Program-made: the position numbers and the translations under genes
The notes under the pieces: model-generated
Databases searched by the model: none
What the model was told of the DNA's origin: nothing
What the model saw: only the letters and a program-made list of their open reading frames with translations
Assembly: GCF_964188315.1 (NCBI RefSeq)
Contig: NC_135658.1
Coordinates: 28,954,001 to 29,018,000 of the forward strand
DNA: 64,000 bases
Source of the DNA: Podarcis muralis
Lineage: Eukaryota
Reading direction: 5' to 3'
Part shown: positions 37,281 to 50,915 of the stretch, one piece after another
Layout: the number at the start of each line of letters is the position of its first letter
Position numbering within the stretch: position 1 is the first letter of the stretch

Positions 37281-38466
37281 CTATTTTGGTGGGAAGAGGT
37301 GAGGTATGGCTCTAGAATCCCATGTGGCCGTTGGCCCTTGACCTAACGTCATGCGGATGACAGCAGAGAGGGGGGAAATAGAAGGAAAGGTGGTAGCAGA
37401 AAAAGAGAGAAAAAATGGATGGGCTGAAATAGATAGAGAAGGGGGGCACTGCTCACTTTTGGCTCCAACCCAATGCCCTTTTGACACTGGGTCCATTGGG
37501 TGTGCAGCCCACAACAGATTATATTTGAAGGAATGTGCCCCTCAACAGGAAAAAAGGTTGCCCCTGATGTAGACAATATTGAGTTAGGTGGAACAGGTAT
37601 CTGGCTTGGAATATGGTGCCATTCTTCACAGGGATAACCAAAATATCCAGTAGTGATCTCATCCCACAGTAGCTCGGCTACCTATACCAACCTTTTTAGT
37701 GGCAAAAAAGGATCTTCCCTCATATCAGGTGTAAATGTGTGAAAGAATGCATTGCAAGTGATATTTGTATGGTTTTAACCCCTGATCAATGCTAAATTTA
37801 AGAAGTGCTTGAATGACTTTCATTCTACAAACCGTTTCTTTGATGGTCTGTACTGTGTAGCCTTCCTAGATGCCTGCATTTCAAATAAAGTCCAGAGAAG
37901 ACATTATGAGGTAATTTCTTCCACGAGCCTTTTCATATAACCAACATGCTTAAGTCTGATTAATGCATGAAGGGGTTAATACCATGGAATAAACTGTCCT
38001 GCCAGGCTTAGCTATATCCACTTCCCTTACCTTGGGAAGAAATAGGTAATCAGGCCTGTTGTTCTCTACCAGATTACCCGATGAACTCAGTTTCTCACAA
38101 GCCACTGTTGAGTTCCTATACTGTACCAATAATTTAGGAACTTTCACCACTTTGCAACTAAACTATGTTTTATTGCCTGTGCAACTTTTTCCAAATGCTA
38201 TATGGAAAAGCAAATGAATCTAACCTTTGGAGAGTTTGTAAGTGAACCAATTTTAACCTACCAAACATGTGGTCTTTTTCTTATGCTGGGGGAAGAAGGA
38301 AGTTTTGGAACTCACAAGAGCACATGTTAACAGTCTGACAGTCTATATTTCCAAGTTTTACCTTGCTGCATATTTCGTGATTTTTAATCCCTGCTGCGGT
38401 TCTCCCACCAAAGAGCACTTACCTCAAACTTGGATCTTTGCACCTAGGAATTCTCCTTTCTATATA

Positions 38467-38708
38467 CAATGGTACCTCGGGTTACAGACACTTCAGGTTA
38501 CAGACGTTTCAGGTTACAGACTCTGCTAACCCAGAAATAGTACCTCCGGTTAAGAACTTTGCTTCAGGATGAGAACAGAAATCGCGCGGTGGCAGCATGA
38601 TGGCAGCAGGAGGCCCCATTAGCTAAAGTGGTACCTCAGGTTAAGAACAGTTTCAGGTTAAAAATGAACCTCCAGAACGAATTAAGTTCTTAACCAGAGG
38701 TACCACTG
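38467..38708. mobile_element. Tigger/pogo-like MITE
   Basis: TA-caatggtacctcggg...gaggtaccactg-TA. Longer than 21136 because of extra ttcaggttacagac and ggcagc units. Confidence 0.9.
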
Positions 38709-39101
38709 TATACCTATTCTTTCCTTGAACCAATACCATTTTCAGATTAGGATGCATAGGCAGCCAAAGAGACAGCAGAGTGCTGGAGAAATATTTAATT
38801 TTAACGTAACGCCATCCTTGGCCACCTCACAACAATAAGATATGCTAAAGAAAAACTATCAGTCACAAAAATATCTAAAGGAATTCTTTAAGTGCCTGAG
38901 AATGAGGCAGGATAACAGAAGCATCTCTTGCAGAGGAATAAAACCTTCAGGAGATCAGAAGATAGGTTTTGGTATGAGCCTACTTGGTTCAAAGGAACTC
39001 CTAATTCCAATCCCACACAAATGTCTGTGGAGCCTCCCCCACCTGTAACAAATGCTACCAACAACGGTTGCTGTCTTCAATTAAATGCCCACAGTCTAAT
39101 T

Positions 39102-39646
39102 CAGGGGTTGGCAAAGTAAGGTTTGCGGGCCAGATCGGGCCCAATGGCCTTCAGGATCTGGCCTGCGAACTGTCCGTGGATCGGCGTGGGGATTCTGTTT
39201 GTTCAGGCTGCGACATTTTTTCCTGCGCAATTCCACCACCCCCCCACACACACCGCAGTGGCACCTCCTCCCTCCCTCCTGGCTTCTCCCTGCCCTGCCT
39301 AGAGGCTGGAGGAAGAGGGCTGGGCTGAGCTGGCTGAGAGCCATTTTAAGCAGCCCCTCTCTAGAGCCAGCCCTTTTGCGCCACTCATCTTCCCTCTGCC
39401 ACCGCTGCCCTGGTGCTCCTGTGGACCAGAGAGTGGAGTGGACGAGCTCGCTCTGCCTGCCCATGAGAAGCAGCAGCAGTGGTGGTGGTGGTAGCCCAAG
39501 GGAAGGTAAGCGCAGCGGCTGGGGCTGGAGGGTGGGGAGAAGGATACTTGCCCCCCTCACCTCTTCTTCCAGCTCCCCCCTTGGTCCGCCACAAGCTCTG
39601 AGGGACAGTGGACCGGCCTGCAGCTAACAAAATTTGCCGACCCCTG
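39102..39646. mobile_element. hAT-type non-autonomous element (~545 bp, GC-rich interior)
   Basis: TIR caggggttggcaaa / tttgccgacccctg, TSD gtctaatt / gcctaata (6/8). Confidence 0.85.
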
Positions 39647-39777
39647 GCCTAATAGCAGTTGATGCTGCAAGCCTATACACATGTATTGAGGAGTATGTCC
39701 CTTTAAACCAAGTGGAACTCACTTCTAGCTAACTTAAGAGTGCACTACATGTTCTGTAGATTTTCCATAGCCATAAC

Positions 39778-39920
39778 CAGGGCTTTTTTCCCCCAGCCGG
39801 AACTCACCAGAACTCAGTTTCTGGCACCTCCCAAGTGGGCGCCATTTCCATTCTAAGAGAAGAATGAGGGAGGTGTTCATGGCGAGTTCTGGCACCTCTT
39901 TTTCTAGAAAAATAGCAGTA
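39778..39920. mobile_element. Short hAT-type MITE
   Basis: cagggcttttt / aaaaatagcagta termini, TSD gccataac / gccacaac (7/8), internal repeat gttctggcacctc. Confidence 0.75.
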
Positions 39921-41284
39921 GCCACAACCAACAGTCTCACCACTCTGCCAGGCTAGCTTTGAAATTTAGGCTTAAATTTAGGCTTCTTTTAACATATGAC
40001 CCAGCCTATCATGGCAGCAGACCGTTAGCCTATATATATATATAGTCTACTAACAACCATGGAAAATGTTGGTGACCTCTGAAACAATATGAATGCTTTT
40101 CCTCAGATGTTTTCGAAGCTATTCATGACCTCAGGGCAGGTTTCATAAGCAAAAGCTCAAAACCAGACAGTTGTTTCTCACCTGTTGCCAAGCTCTGACT
40201 TTTCAATTTTCTTCAATTACCTTCTAGACGTGTTTTCAGGAAGTGAAAACAAAAGTCTTTGAAGTTGCAAATGAGTAGTTGCTGAATGGCTACTAGTAAA
40301 TGCAATTCTTAACCTCTCCCTCCTTCCAAATACTTTATAAAAAAAGCAGCCTGCTTCTGAATAAACATGGTGCCTTTTGAGCTTGGGATGGGGCTTTCAT
40401 ACACTGAGGTGTAAACACTACTTGTTTATGCTTAGGGATGAAGTTCTAACTGCACGACATCCACATATTGTGTTTTATAGAAAGGCGCAGGGCGAACTGT
40501 CCTGTTCCAGACTGAAGGGTTCTACTTACCCAGATGACAAAGACAAATGTAGTGAAATTGCACTGTCATACCACAGCTACCTTCCCCAACCTGGTGCCCT
40601 CCAGATATTTTGAACCACAACACCCATCATCCCTGACCATTGGCTGTGCTAGTTGGATAATACTAAAAATTAACTGGAATTTTAACAATATGAAACTGTA
40701 ACCAGTCCACTGGTATCAATAAAATTCGCTCTTCGTGTGGATAAAGAATCGCTTGCAAGTTGTAGCTACCTATATACTGTAGTTGAAAATGTCACTCTGT
40801 ACTTTCTCCAGAATTGAAATAGCCCAATTCTGTAAACAAATCCCAACTGAAAAGTTATCGCACACATTTGGACTGAGTCATGCACATTCTTTTCAAGTGT
40901 GTGATAATGCTTATCCCTGGAGTCACGCTCCTTTTCTCTTGAGTAAATTCAAAACAATGTTGGTGGAAAGTAATCCGAGAAGGGGGAAAATAACAATAGG
41001 AATATTGTAAAGCCTGTATTAGGCCATCTTTCTGTGCTCTTGACTCATTGTATTCTGTTGTAAATATGTCTTAGCTGTGATAAATGCTTGTGTCTTTCAG
41101 AAGCAACGTCCATAAGCAACAAAGGGAGAGGCGACTTCTGATTTAATCCTTTCTGTCTGCTGCCACAGAGCAAGCTAAGTATACCAAGAGGCTGAAAACT
41201 GCCCCTTAAAAATCCATCTTACGCCAAAAAGTCTTTGTTCATTCCAGTGGAACCTATTTCCAAGCTGGAGTGCTTAGGACAGAG

Positions 41285-41410
41285 ATGAGTGGTCCCCTCC
41301 AGTTGTTGTTGGACTCCAACTCCCATCAGCCCTGGTTAATATATAGTGAATGGTCAGGGATGATGGGAGTTGTAATCCAGCAACATCTAGAGACCCACAA
41401 GTTCTCCCTC
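41285..41410. mobile_element. Decayed palindromic hAT-type MITE relic
   Basis: ctccagttgttgttggactccaactcccatcagccctgg...ggtcagggatgatgggagttgtaatccagcaacatctagag. Similar relics lie near 33570, 40590, 56960 and 60705. Confidence 0.6.
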
Positions 41411-41989
41411 GCTGGATTTAAGATCCCCAGCCCAATCCTGAAATGTTATAGCACAAACTGCCCTTAATGCAGTAGGAATCTAATTTCTAATAAAATATGC
41501 GTAGAATTTGGACGTTTAAAAAGTTAACTAAAAATTGCAGGGTGGAAGATCAAACCCCTTGAGGCACATTGAGATGATTCGGAAACACTAAAAGGAGAGG
41601 CTCAAGCAGAATGTATGTCAAATGGAATGCATGGCTAAGCCGCAGCGTGCTTTTTTCCTTTAAAAAAGGCAATGAGTTACAAAAAGGTCTTCTGTTTAAA
41701 AGAGAACCATAGGCTTGCACCAATAAAGAGAATGGAAGAGAACATAAAATCTGTTGAATAACATCTCCAAGAAAGGAAGCTTGGAAGGAATTTGCAATTC
41801 AAAGTAGAAGTGCAGTAACAACTAGCCAGATAAAGAAGTACGAAAGACATAGGTCCTCTTCAGACGTTACTTGCATCATGAGAACAAGCCTGGCAATAGT
41901 CATTGGGTGGTGCGTCTAGGCCTGCCCCCAAAGCCACATGGCTCCTGCTGCCTCTGCTGTGTTAGGGCACAACTTATAAGTTGGAATAT

Positions 41990-42080
41990 CTGGACAGGAT
42001 TTCAGATAGGTTCATCTACCAGCCCTACCTGAAGATTGAGCCTGAGACCTTCTGTGTGCAAAGCAGATGTTCTACCATTA
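41990..42080 (-). mobile_element. Degraded tRNA-derived SINE head
   Basis: Minus strand aatggtagaacatctgctttgcacacagaaggtctcaggctcaatcttcaggtagggctgg, a tRNA-like head. Confidence 0.5.
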
Positions 42081-45000
42081 ATACCACTCAGAAGAGGATG
42101 GCCTTCATGCATACAGGCACTGGCCTTTCTTATTATGAAGAGTACATTTATTACCTGTACTTATATAGCCCACTCTTCACTGAATGGTCCCATGGGGCCG
42201 CTTACAAAAATATCACAATTGCAACAGTCCAATCTGGAATTTGTCAGGACATGAATCACTTGGCCAAGCTATTCTCTAACAGGTCTCTCAGGGGAAATAT
42301 CATGGCATTTACAATTAGAAAGCAAAGCACGATATAGTGGCTCAATCAAAATTCGGGGGCATTTTTCACCAAGTGCAAACCCCACACATGTGCACCAACA
42401 CAGGAAGAGCAGCGCATCAGCCTCTTCCATAAATACTGCATGAAATATCAAAAAGAGGTTACTTGTTTTCTACTACTACTACTACTCCTTCTCAACCAGC
42501 AACAATATTTTTAGGACTTGCAGAAATGTTGACACCACAAGATTGGTCCCAGTAGCCCCTTCCTTGGAGCAATTTTGTGCCGGGTCTTTAAAGTGCAAAG
42601 AAGGCATATATTCCAAAAAAGCAAGAAGGGGCACTAATTATAATTTGTCTGCATAATAAAAAGAATTGTTCCAACAGCTATGGTTACCATTTGCAGTGTG
42701 TGAATCGAACTATTCATTCCTTAGAGCCAACAGCACTACACAGATCTGAATGATACAGTGAGTCACAGTCTATTTCTATAAACTCTAAAAAGTCATCATA
42801 ATTTTCTGACTCACCCAATATGAATTCTTGACAGCCACCACCTTATTTACTTTTGAGGGAACATGAGCAATCATTAATGAATCCCCACTGGCCTTACACA
42901 CACCGTTTGAACAAATACTCCAGGCCACTCATATTACAAACTTGTTCAGGACGTGCAAACCCCACCAATATATAAAACAACGGAATGACTTGGGAGGAAG
43001 GGAGGGCTATAATCAATGAAATATTGTTGTCAATGGTAAAAAGGATTGCCTTTAATATTAGGTGCTCTCCATGGTAAAGGAAGAGTTGTCAAAGCAAACC
43101 TAGTTATTTAAAATTAGGATAATTTTATGAAATTTTTAGCCTGGAATTTTATTTCACTTCGCCTGTTCATTGCTTAATGCTAAATGTTTAACTGAAAAAG
43201 TCAAATTACCCATATTATGTATGTTAACTACCTAAGTGTGTACTAGTGGAATGACTGGAAGGGGGCCAGGGAGGGAACACCCCAGCGCCACACCTGATAA
43301 GGAGTTCCCAGGGCAGAGGCAATTCCCTCTATTCCTTGATAAAGTCCTTATGGGATTTGCCAAGACAACCTCTTCTGTACCTTTGCCCTATAGCAGCTGC
43401 TGCAACTGACACGAACTGTCTAGGCACATTGCTGCCTCTTCCTAGATGGGACTCATTCAATGGCTGCAACTTTTCCTCGTGCCCAGAGACCAGATCCGAA
43501 GCTAGCACATGATGTTGGAATCTTTAGCTTTGGAGAAAAAGACACGAAACAAGATATTGATAGCTATGGGATTCCCCAAGCTGCCAAAGCTGACCCCATT
43601 TTTACACACTGGTGGGCGAATGACCCCTTCGGATTAAGAAGACAAACCGTACTGGGAAGGGCTGTGTGACCAACAGACTGAAAGCATTAAAATCTATCTG
43701 TATTTGCTTCTTCCTCTTTTTCTTCAGGCCAGGACATGTGAAGAATATTTCTTCATTTTAACTGTGAATTTGCTAACTTTGTGATTATTTCTCCAAACTT
43801 TATAAAAAATAAATCTTATGAATAATCAGATGTGAACTCAGAAATACTTTGCAACATCAGAGTTCCACAAACCAACTTCCCTTTTCACTTCCCAATAAAT
43901 GTCTAAGGCAGGGCTTCCCAAACTCTAATCTGTGGACCACCAGTGGTCTGCAAGCTTTATTCAGGTGATCCACAGTGTCCCTGTGAAGAAGGGCAGAATC
44001 AGCAGTTGCTCCATCATTCTCTAAACCTGGTTGTCCATGCAAAAGTTGAACAGGATGGACACAACAGCCACATCCATTGCATTAAATATTCATATTGTAT
44101 TATCTTTTATTTTCTAATCTTGTTTCCGATACTGTTTTTTCTCACGTAAAATTCAACATGTAAGAAATAAAAGAAGCAATAAAATACAACTAAAAATATA
44201 CGGCATCTAGCACAGCACATTACAATTGCCACAACAGACATGAAAATCCTTAAGTCTGCTAAGACCATCAGCAATTTTCAAGCGAGGTGTATCCGGGAAC
44301 TACTGGTTAAAGTAAATTTGCATTAACTAGAAACAGCTATTCTCCCAAGTGCTAGTGGCTGTGTCTCAGCTAAAGGTTGAACTTACATTACACAATACCT
44401 GAGGGCTGCTGCCTGAACAGCATTCCCCACATTGATTTCTCGGCCCGGCCAAAACTTGCACCCCTTCACTAAATTGTCAACTGCTATAGGATAAGGGATA
44501 AGGGATTGGTAAACGGTGAGCATGTTGGTGTTTTGAGAAAGGGTGAGAGATATTACATGAAGTGGGGGAAGGCGAACACATTTGACCCAGGAATTCCATT
44601 TGGGTGTCAGTCTTATGTGATATAATATGTAGTTCTACCATAAGTATTCTGTTCTTCAGGACCAATATGGCAGCCTCTTACGTTCATGCCAAATATGTCA
44701 GAATAATGAATTAGTCTCTCAAACACACAAATAGAACCAAGCAGAAGTTCAGTGGAGAAAACTCATGCCAGCGATCTTTGCTTTTATGGGGTGCCTCTCG
44801 TAAGAATGTGAAAGCAGATCATAGGCTTTGGATAGCTCAGTCATAACCTCACCTTTTTCTTTGATCTACTAGCTCCCAAAGCCTAGAACAGCCCAGCAAT
44901 TGTATGTTCTTTTAACTTAGATATATTAAGAGTTGCTTGAAAAATTGTTGACTTAACTTGGGGAGGTTTGCTATTTCAAAATATGAGAACCCTTGAATTA

Positions 45001-45900
45001 AAGAACATGCTTAGTGCTTTGCTGAATTAAAGCCACAGCAAATACACTGTGACTTCCTCTTTACGTCAAGAGTTTCATGATAAAATACTCCTTTTGCATT
45101 GCTATGTTAAGTTTGTAAGAACTGCTGGATAAAATTTACTTTCAATGCAATTGCCCTGCGGCTCTGGGATGACCTTCTTGAAGGACGCCAAAAACTGTCT
45201 CCCCAATGACATTCCAGAGGGTACAAAACTAAGCTGTTCCCCAAAGAACTTTGGAAGTCAAGATTAGTATGTTGGCCATGACCTATAGTTTTTCTTGGTA
45301 GGCTGTGGAATGTTTTGTGGAGCTTCTCTGAAAATGAAGTGCTGTTGATTGGTGGGTTGGCTGTAGAGACTGAGTGACACCCCAGACATGCAATGGAGGC
45401 TTCCTGGCTCCTCCCCTGAGTGTAATGTTTTTCTCAATTGCTGCTTCTGCAAAATGGAGTAGCACAAGGGGGCACAGAGGAATGAGGAAATCTGAAGAAT
45501 TTGGTGAGGCTACCGTATGCAGGCAAAAGTGTCTTTCCACTCATGCAGTTATGACTTTGGATACAAGCCATTCTGCTTTGGGTTTTTATGTAATTTTGAA
45601 ATCCTGTTTTATTTTTTATGTAAACTGCTTTGACCTTAGGAAACGGGTTAGATAAATGTCACAACTACACAAATAATTAAAAGGGTCAGCATAGTGCTTC
45701 AAAGAGCTTTAGCAAGAGGCAAGTGGCGCCTTGTGACGACAGTGTGCTTGAACCTCAACATTACTTGACATTCAGCACTATCTTAAGATAACTTTGGGTG
45801 CTAACATAAATGAAAATTATGGAAGCTTTTGGGGGGGCAAGTTTCCTGCAACCTCCACTACTCTGCAGCTTCTAGCACCCCATTAAAAGAAGGTCAATAG

Positions 45901-46036
45901 CAGGCACAGCCAAACTTGGCCCTCCAGATGTTTTGGGACTACAACTCCCATCATCCCTAGCTAAAAGGACCAGTGGTCAGGGATGATGGAACTTGTAATC
46001 CCAAAATATCTGGAGGGTTGAGTTTGCCTATGCCTG
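45901..46036. mobile_element. 136-bp palindromic hAT-type MITE (third arm variant)
   Basis: caggcacagccaaact / agtttgcctatgcctg, perfect 8-bp TSD GTCAATAG (45893-45900, 46037-46044). Confidence 0.92.
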
Positions 46037-48739
46037 GTCAATAGCTTCCTGAGCAATGTAGGATACTGCTGGGGGATAGAAGAAGCACCTGAAATTTCCA
46101 CTTAGGTTCCTAAGTTATGTTGCCTTAAAGAAGTTAATGGAAAAAACCATTTATGTCCTTCTTCTCTGCCCAGTAGCTCCCTAACCCTTCAAAAAAAACT
46201 TTTCAAGCAGTGCAGGTGGATGAAAGGTGATGGTGGGATAAGGAGCTTTCCTTTCTTGCTCTTCTATAAGTTTATTCCTATATTCAAAATTAAAAAGAGA
46301 ATTAACAGTTACAGTTCTCCCTGCACCAATAACCATCATCATTAAAGGTATTAAACATAAAAAGTGCAGACAGTCCCTTTCCTCTTATAGGGGCAACAAC
46401 TTGCTATGCATAAGGGCCATAAATGCAATTTCAGCTATATCCAATCCAAGTTCTCAAGAAACAACATTGGGAAATATTTCTGCTGAAGCCCTGGAGAGCT
46501 GTCAATAGTCAGGGTACATTACTGGGCTGGGCAACCCATATACGTATATGGCAGCACCTCATATCTTGTGTATCTGTTAAGGTGAATGTCTGAAATTAGG
46601 CAAATATCAACATGGTAAATGGGAACAATGCCAATTTTGAGATGGGTATATTCAAAACATCAGAGATACACCAGTGAAAGCTGACAGCCACTAATTCTTG
46701 TGCACGCATTGTGATATACCCTCTTGTATCTTCACAAATATCAAACCATCTACTTTACGTAGAAGCAGATAAGAGCAGCAGAAGCCCAGAGGAAATATAG
46801 GTTTGAGGCACACACGCTAGAAAAGATTTTGTGTGATTATTTAGGCTGAAAATTACAACCAAGTCCCTCTAACAACCTCAAAGGGAATGTTTAGGCAAGG
46901 GTGTCAGAGGCTGACATTGCTGGACATATATAAAAGCCCACACTGTAGCAACCCCAGAACAGATTTAGAGGGAGCACAGGGAGAGGGGAGGAATGTGCAA
47001 TAAGAAATACTTGCACTAACGGAACTATTTCTCTGGAAACCGCCCAATAGATTTTTGAAGGTTAGGAACGAAGCTCTGCTTTTTCAGCATTTCATTCTGG
47101 GCATTCATTAACACAGCTCCCAAAATTATAGGAAGATGCTTAAAAAGAATTCTAGGGCATAGGCCTCGGATATTCCCTGAAGTTTTACAAATCTTTTTCC
47201 CCAGCACACATCATCACCTGGAAATGTGTATTTAATTAAATACTGTGTGCTTTTTGTTTTAAACAAACCCAAAGGGAAAATTTTGCTCTTTTTCTTTCCA
47301 TCAAGATTGTGCACAAGGTAATACGGCATGACATAATATCCTTCCTGAAATCGAAGCCGCAGCTAGGACCAGTATCCTCCAAACATCACCGGTTCCTGAA
47401 ACCATATTGCAAACAACAGAGTTTGCCTAATTGCCAAGGGAATAATCTCATTCATCAAATGCTTGTTGCTGAAATATGCATTGTTCCTTTATAAATGTGA
47501 TAGGATTTCCATCAACATATCCTTTACCCAAAGCTCAACAGTAACTAAGCAGAGATAATAATTTAAGCCAGCAGCCCTGTGATCCTGGATATGGGAGTAC
47601 ACACCAGTGAACTCAGTGGTACTTACTTCCAAGTAAATATGCAGCAGATATAAGTGTTGAAAGTACTTATCTAGGAAAGCAGAAATCCACATATGAAACT
47701 CTGGCATCATATATTCTCATGACCGGAAGTCTGATATTGCTATTCAGCTGGCTCTCTCGATACAGTGCAGGTGCTATGAGTGAACTGAAATGAGCCACCG
47801 TTCCCTTAAGGAACATTGTTTTTCCCATTTTCCTAAATATAAGCTGGAAGTCCATGGCACTTGGTAGTATTCTCTCTGTTGATCTTCTACGTAACTTTTT
47901 TAACGGATTCATACAGGCAGTTGCGTATCATCTTTCTGTGTGAAAGGCTCTAAGCATCACTTCAATTAAAAGCACATAAAGATGAACCAAAACTATACAT
48001 TGGGGAGAGTGCTCCTGCATCCGTTCAGCCCTCATATTTTACACAGGGAGGAGGAAGAAACGGATATGCCCAAGGAGACTGCTTGCGTAGGCCTATAAAC
48101 TTTCTCAAAATGAATATCGTACGTGATCTGCTTGTGAGGCCTTTGAGGACAAGGACCTATCTATTTCTGTTACTCACTCTACATTATAGAAGTAGGGTGG
48201 GCATAAATTAAAAATTCAGTGAACATAAATTTTAAAGACAAACACCAGCAGTTACTCCATAGCCTTATGGAAAACATTTGGTCATACACGGCTTACGTCT
48301 CTACGCAAGTACTTACAGCACAAGAGCACTTAAATAATGTTTAATAGCAGATAGCAGATTTATAGTACGATCGGTATATTGTATTGACTGAGATCTAGCA
48401 GAATCCTACATAGAACAACCTGGTCCAAGCAGCTGAGGTGGTGAATGGAGCATGTATGGAATGTGGAAGTTTATGATTAAGTGGCTGGGCAGCTAAGTCC
48501 TTTTTCACACTACTTGCATGGCTGCACGTTTGCAAATGGATAACTACACTGCAGCTAAATGCTGTCATTCGGGTTATTTATTTCTTTTCCTTTTTAAAAT
48601 CCAGTAGTAATGCTGAATAAACAGCACAATCAGAGCTATTGACCAAAAGACTTTAAGGTGAAGAAAACTGACCGGAAGGTATTCTTTCAGCAAGGAGTTA
48701 CTGTATAATTAAGAGGCTAAGGCAGCCCAAGTGACTCAC

Positions 48740-48905
48740 CTTGTTGAATTTTAGTCAGGAGCTGATGGCGCGCTAGGATCCTACTTATCCTGTACGGAGA
48801 AGAGCGTCTTGCAGCCTGATCAAAACGCAAGCACATCTCTTGGCCTTCTGTTGACACGGCATTCACACAGTAGCAGCCTGAAGTGCTGGGCACCTGCCTC
48901 AACAT
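48740..48905 (-). CDS. STARD13: STARD13 (DLC2, StAR-related lipid transfer domain RhoGAP) first coding exon, alpha-type isoform; partial CDS of 55 codons + 1 nt
   Basis: Translation MLRQVPSTSGCYCVNAVSTEGQEMCLRFDQAARRSSPYRISRILARHQLLTKIQQ closely matches the recalled human STARD13 N-terminus (MFSQVPRTPASGCYYLNSMTPEGQEMYLRFDQTTRRSPYRMSRILARHQLVTKIQQ). The phase-1 donor CAAG|GTGAGT falls where the next residue E (EIEAKE) begins. Confidence 0.93.
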
Positions 48906-49400
48906 CTCCGCCTTCACGTTTTTCAAAAGGAAAAACAACAACTCTTAAATCCCAGATCTAAACCGGAGCACTGAGAGAAGAGAGGCAAGAAGTTGGAAAG
49001 CACAAGCGTTTTTTTAAAAAGAGAGAGAAAGAGAGAAAGAAAGGAGGAGTGCCAAAAGCTACAATTCAGGATTCCAGCTTCCCTCACATGATCGGAAAGG
49101 GCCAATCAGTCAGAGAAAAGAATGTGAAAGTACACAGCGTGCCTCGCAGAGGAAAGTGAAGGCTATTCAAGCAGTTGCAGCCCCACATAAACGCTGGAAG
49201 CGAAGAGCCTTGGAGCTGACTAAGCAACGATGAGCCATGATAGGAAAGTTTAAAGAAAGGAGAGAGGAAAGAGGGAGAGATTTCATGTTGCAACCATTTG
49301 AAGCGCGCAGGAGCCCCGATTTTTTTCTCTGCCTCACAGACTCAGGTCTAAGATGCCCTCTTCTCTCTACTGAGGACACGAGAACTTCCTTCCTTGACAC
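48906..49400 (-). promoter_or_regulatory. STARD13 alpha 5' UTR and proximal promoter
   Basis: Directly upstream of the ATG, locally CpG-enriched and repeat-free, CCAAT at about 49102, purine/pyrimidine-biased tracts. TSS not determinable from sequence. Confidence 0.6.
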
Positions 49401-50479
49401 CGGAGTTTGTTTTAAACTGTGGGATACAGAGTTCTGGAACTTTTTCTTAAAACTATCGAGAAGCAGAGTAAAGGAAACTCTTTAGCGGCACAAATAGCAG
49501 GGGGAGAAAAAGTGAAGCTGAACAATCCCTTTAAGCTTTTAAAGCATTCTAACAAAGGATAGATTCATATCACTGCTCTTTCCTAACAAAGGGTGAGGGT
49601 GATTCTCCCTCCACCCCCAATCACTCCTGCAATGACTCATGCGGGGCTTTGTCTTACAAGAAAGATGCTTCTGGTTACTATGAGTACAAAAGCCCTCAAG
49701 AATTTGGTCTTGTCATCCAATTGAATCTAAATAGTCCAGGAAGCCTTTGCACATTAGAATCCTTAAAAAAAAAAGAAAAAAGATTTTCAGTACTGAAATG
49801 GACCCACTGTAAAGAGTTATCTAGCATCCCAACAATGTGTACCCATGTCGCCAGTTTTGGGTTTGTCCATTGTCTTTTCATGCTAAGCCAGTAGGATCTG
49901 TTTATTGAGCATTTATCCTGATATGCTTGCAGAACACTTACATGGAGGTTAATTTATAGCCGGCTTTAATCGTTCTGATTTGCTTGCACATTTTCCCATT
50001 AACAATTGCTTCATTTCATACTTCTCTGTGCATTTTACCCGTCGCTTTCCTAATCACAAAAAGGGTGCTTCTTTTTAAAGGAGGTTTTGGTGCACTAAGG
50101 TGCAAAGCACTTGATCCACTTTAATTTTGCAAACCTAAATTTCCCATTGTGTGCTTGAACCCCTCCCACAAAATACCGACAGCCTGATATAGCACCCTTT
50201 AACCTAACATGCATTTGAGGACCCATTTCTTAATTTTTAAAAATCATATATTTATATGGTGGTAGTGTTGCTGTTGGGATACATCTGAAATCAGGCTGAG
50301 ACTCCAGCCAGGGTCTCAGGTCACCAGTCGAAGCCCACTGAACTAAGCAATCATCCATTTAGTTTTATAAAACACAATGTTTACTTTATTCTGCAGAGGA
50401 CTCTGATGTAATGTTTTCATTTGTATGAGAAATTTTCAGTGTGTGGCTATTCTTAAAAAAGCAAAATATATACACACAC

Positions 50480-50590
50480 AGGAAAACAGGAAACTGCCTT
50501 ATACTCAGCCAGGCCATTAGTCCATTTAGCTCAGTACTGTCTGTGCTGACTAGCAGCTTCTCTTTAGGATTTCTGACAGGGTTATCTCCC
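50480..50590 (-). mobile_element. SINE 3' fragment
   Basis: Minus strand ...agtactgagctaaatggactaatggcctggctgagtataaggcagtttcctgtttt, a typical tRNA-SINE 3' end. Confidence 0.5.
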
Positions 50591-50629
50591 AGCCCCAATA
50601 ATGATGATGATGATAATGATAATTTTATT

Positions 50630-50700
50630 ATTTATATTCCACCCATCTGGCTGGGTTTCCCCAGCCACTCTGGGTGGCTTACAGCATAAATGAAAGCATA
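50630..50700 (-). mobile_element. L2 3' terminal fragment
   Basis: ccacccatctggctgggtttccccagccactctgggtggctta is the reverse complement of the terminus at 51350-51395. Confidence 0.7.
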
Positions 50701-50784
50701 ATAAAACATCAAACATTTAAAAAATGCAACATATTATACAGACTATAAATAAACCAATAAATCAACAGAAACTAATCATCACCA

Positions 50785-50819
50785 TTCAGGTAGGTAGCCG
50801 TGTTGGTCTGACGCAGTCG

Positions 50820-50855
<36 letters not shown>

Positions 50856-50915
50856 GCCCAGTAACACCTTAAAGACCAACTAAATTTGTTCTTGGTATAA
50901 GCTTTCATGTGTATG
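50785..50915 (-). mobile_element. Penelope-like element terminal fragment containing (TA)15
   Basis: 55-nt inverted match (4 mismatches) to 51622-51676. Motif gaaagcttataccaagaacaaa.ttagttggtct.taaggtg.tactgg recalled from reptile Penelope-like repeats. Confidence 0.6.

Larger units (their letters stand above)
1..48739 (-). other. STARD13: STARD13 intron 1 (downstream of the alpha-type first exon; continues left of the window)
   Basis: Canonical donor GTGAGT starts at 48739 on the minus strand. No minus-strand segment encoding the expected next exon (EIEAKEACDWLRAAGFPQYAQLYE) was found, so that exon is inferred to lie left of position 1. Confidence 0.75.

Noticed and set aside
39096-39627. 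Overlapping 154-aa and 142-aa ORFs with low-complexity Pro/Leu/Ser runs
   Set aside because: Lie wholly inside a GC-rich hAT-type element; no recognisable domain.
40218-40310. Minus-strand phase-1 donor GAAG|GTAATT with a short open frame
   Set aside because: No ATG, no promoter features and no recognisable peptide; such sites are expected by chance in a 48-kb intron.
41845-41865. Minus-strand CTGAAGA followed by a small stem (possible hammerhead)
   Set aside because: The stem is followed by TTCG rather than GAAA, so the core is incomplete.
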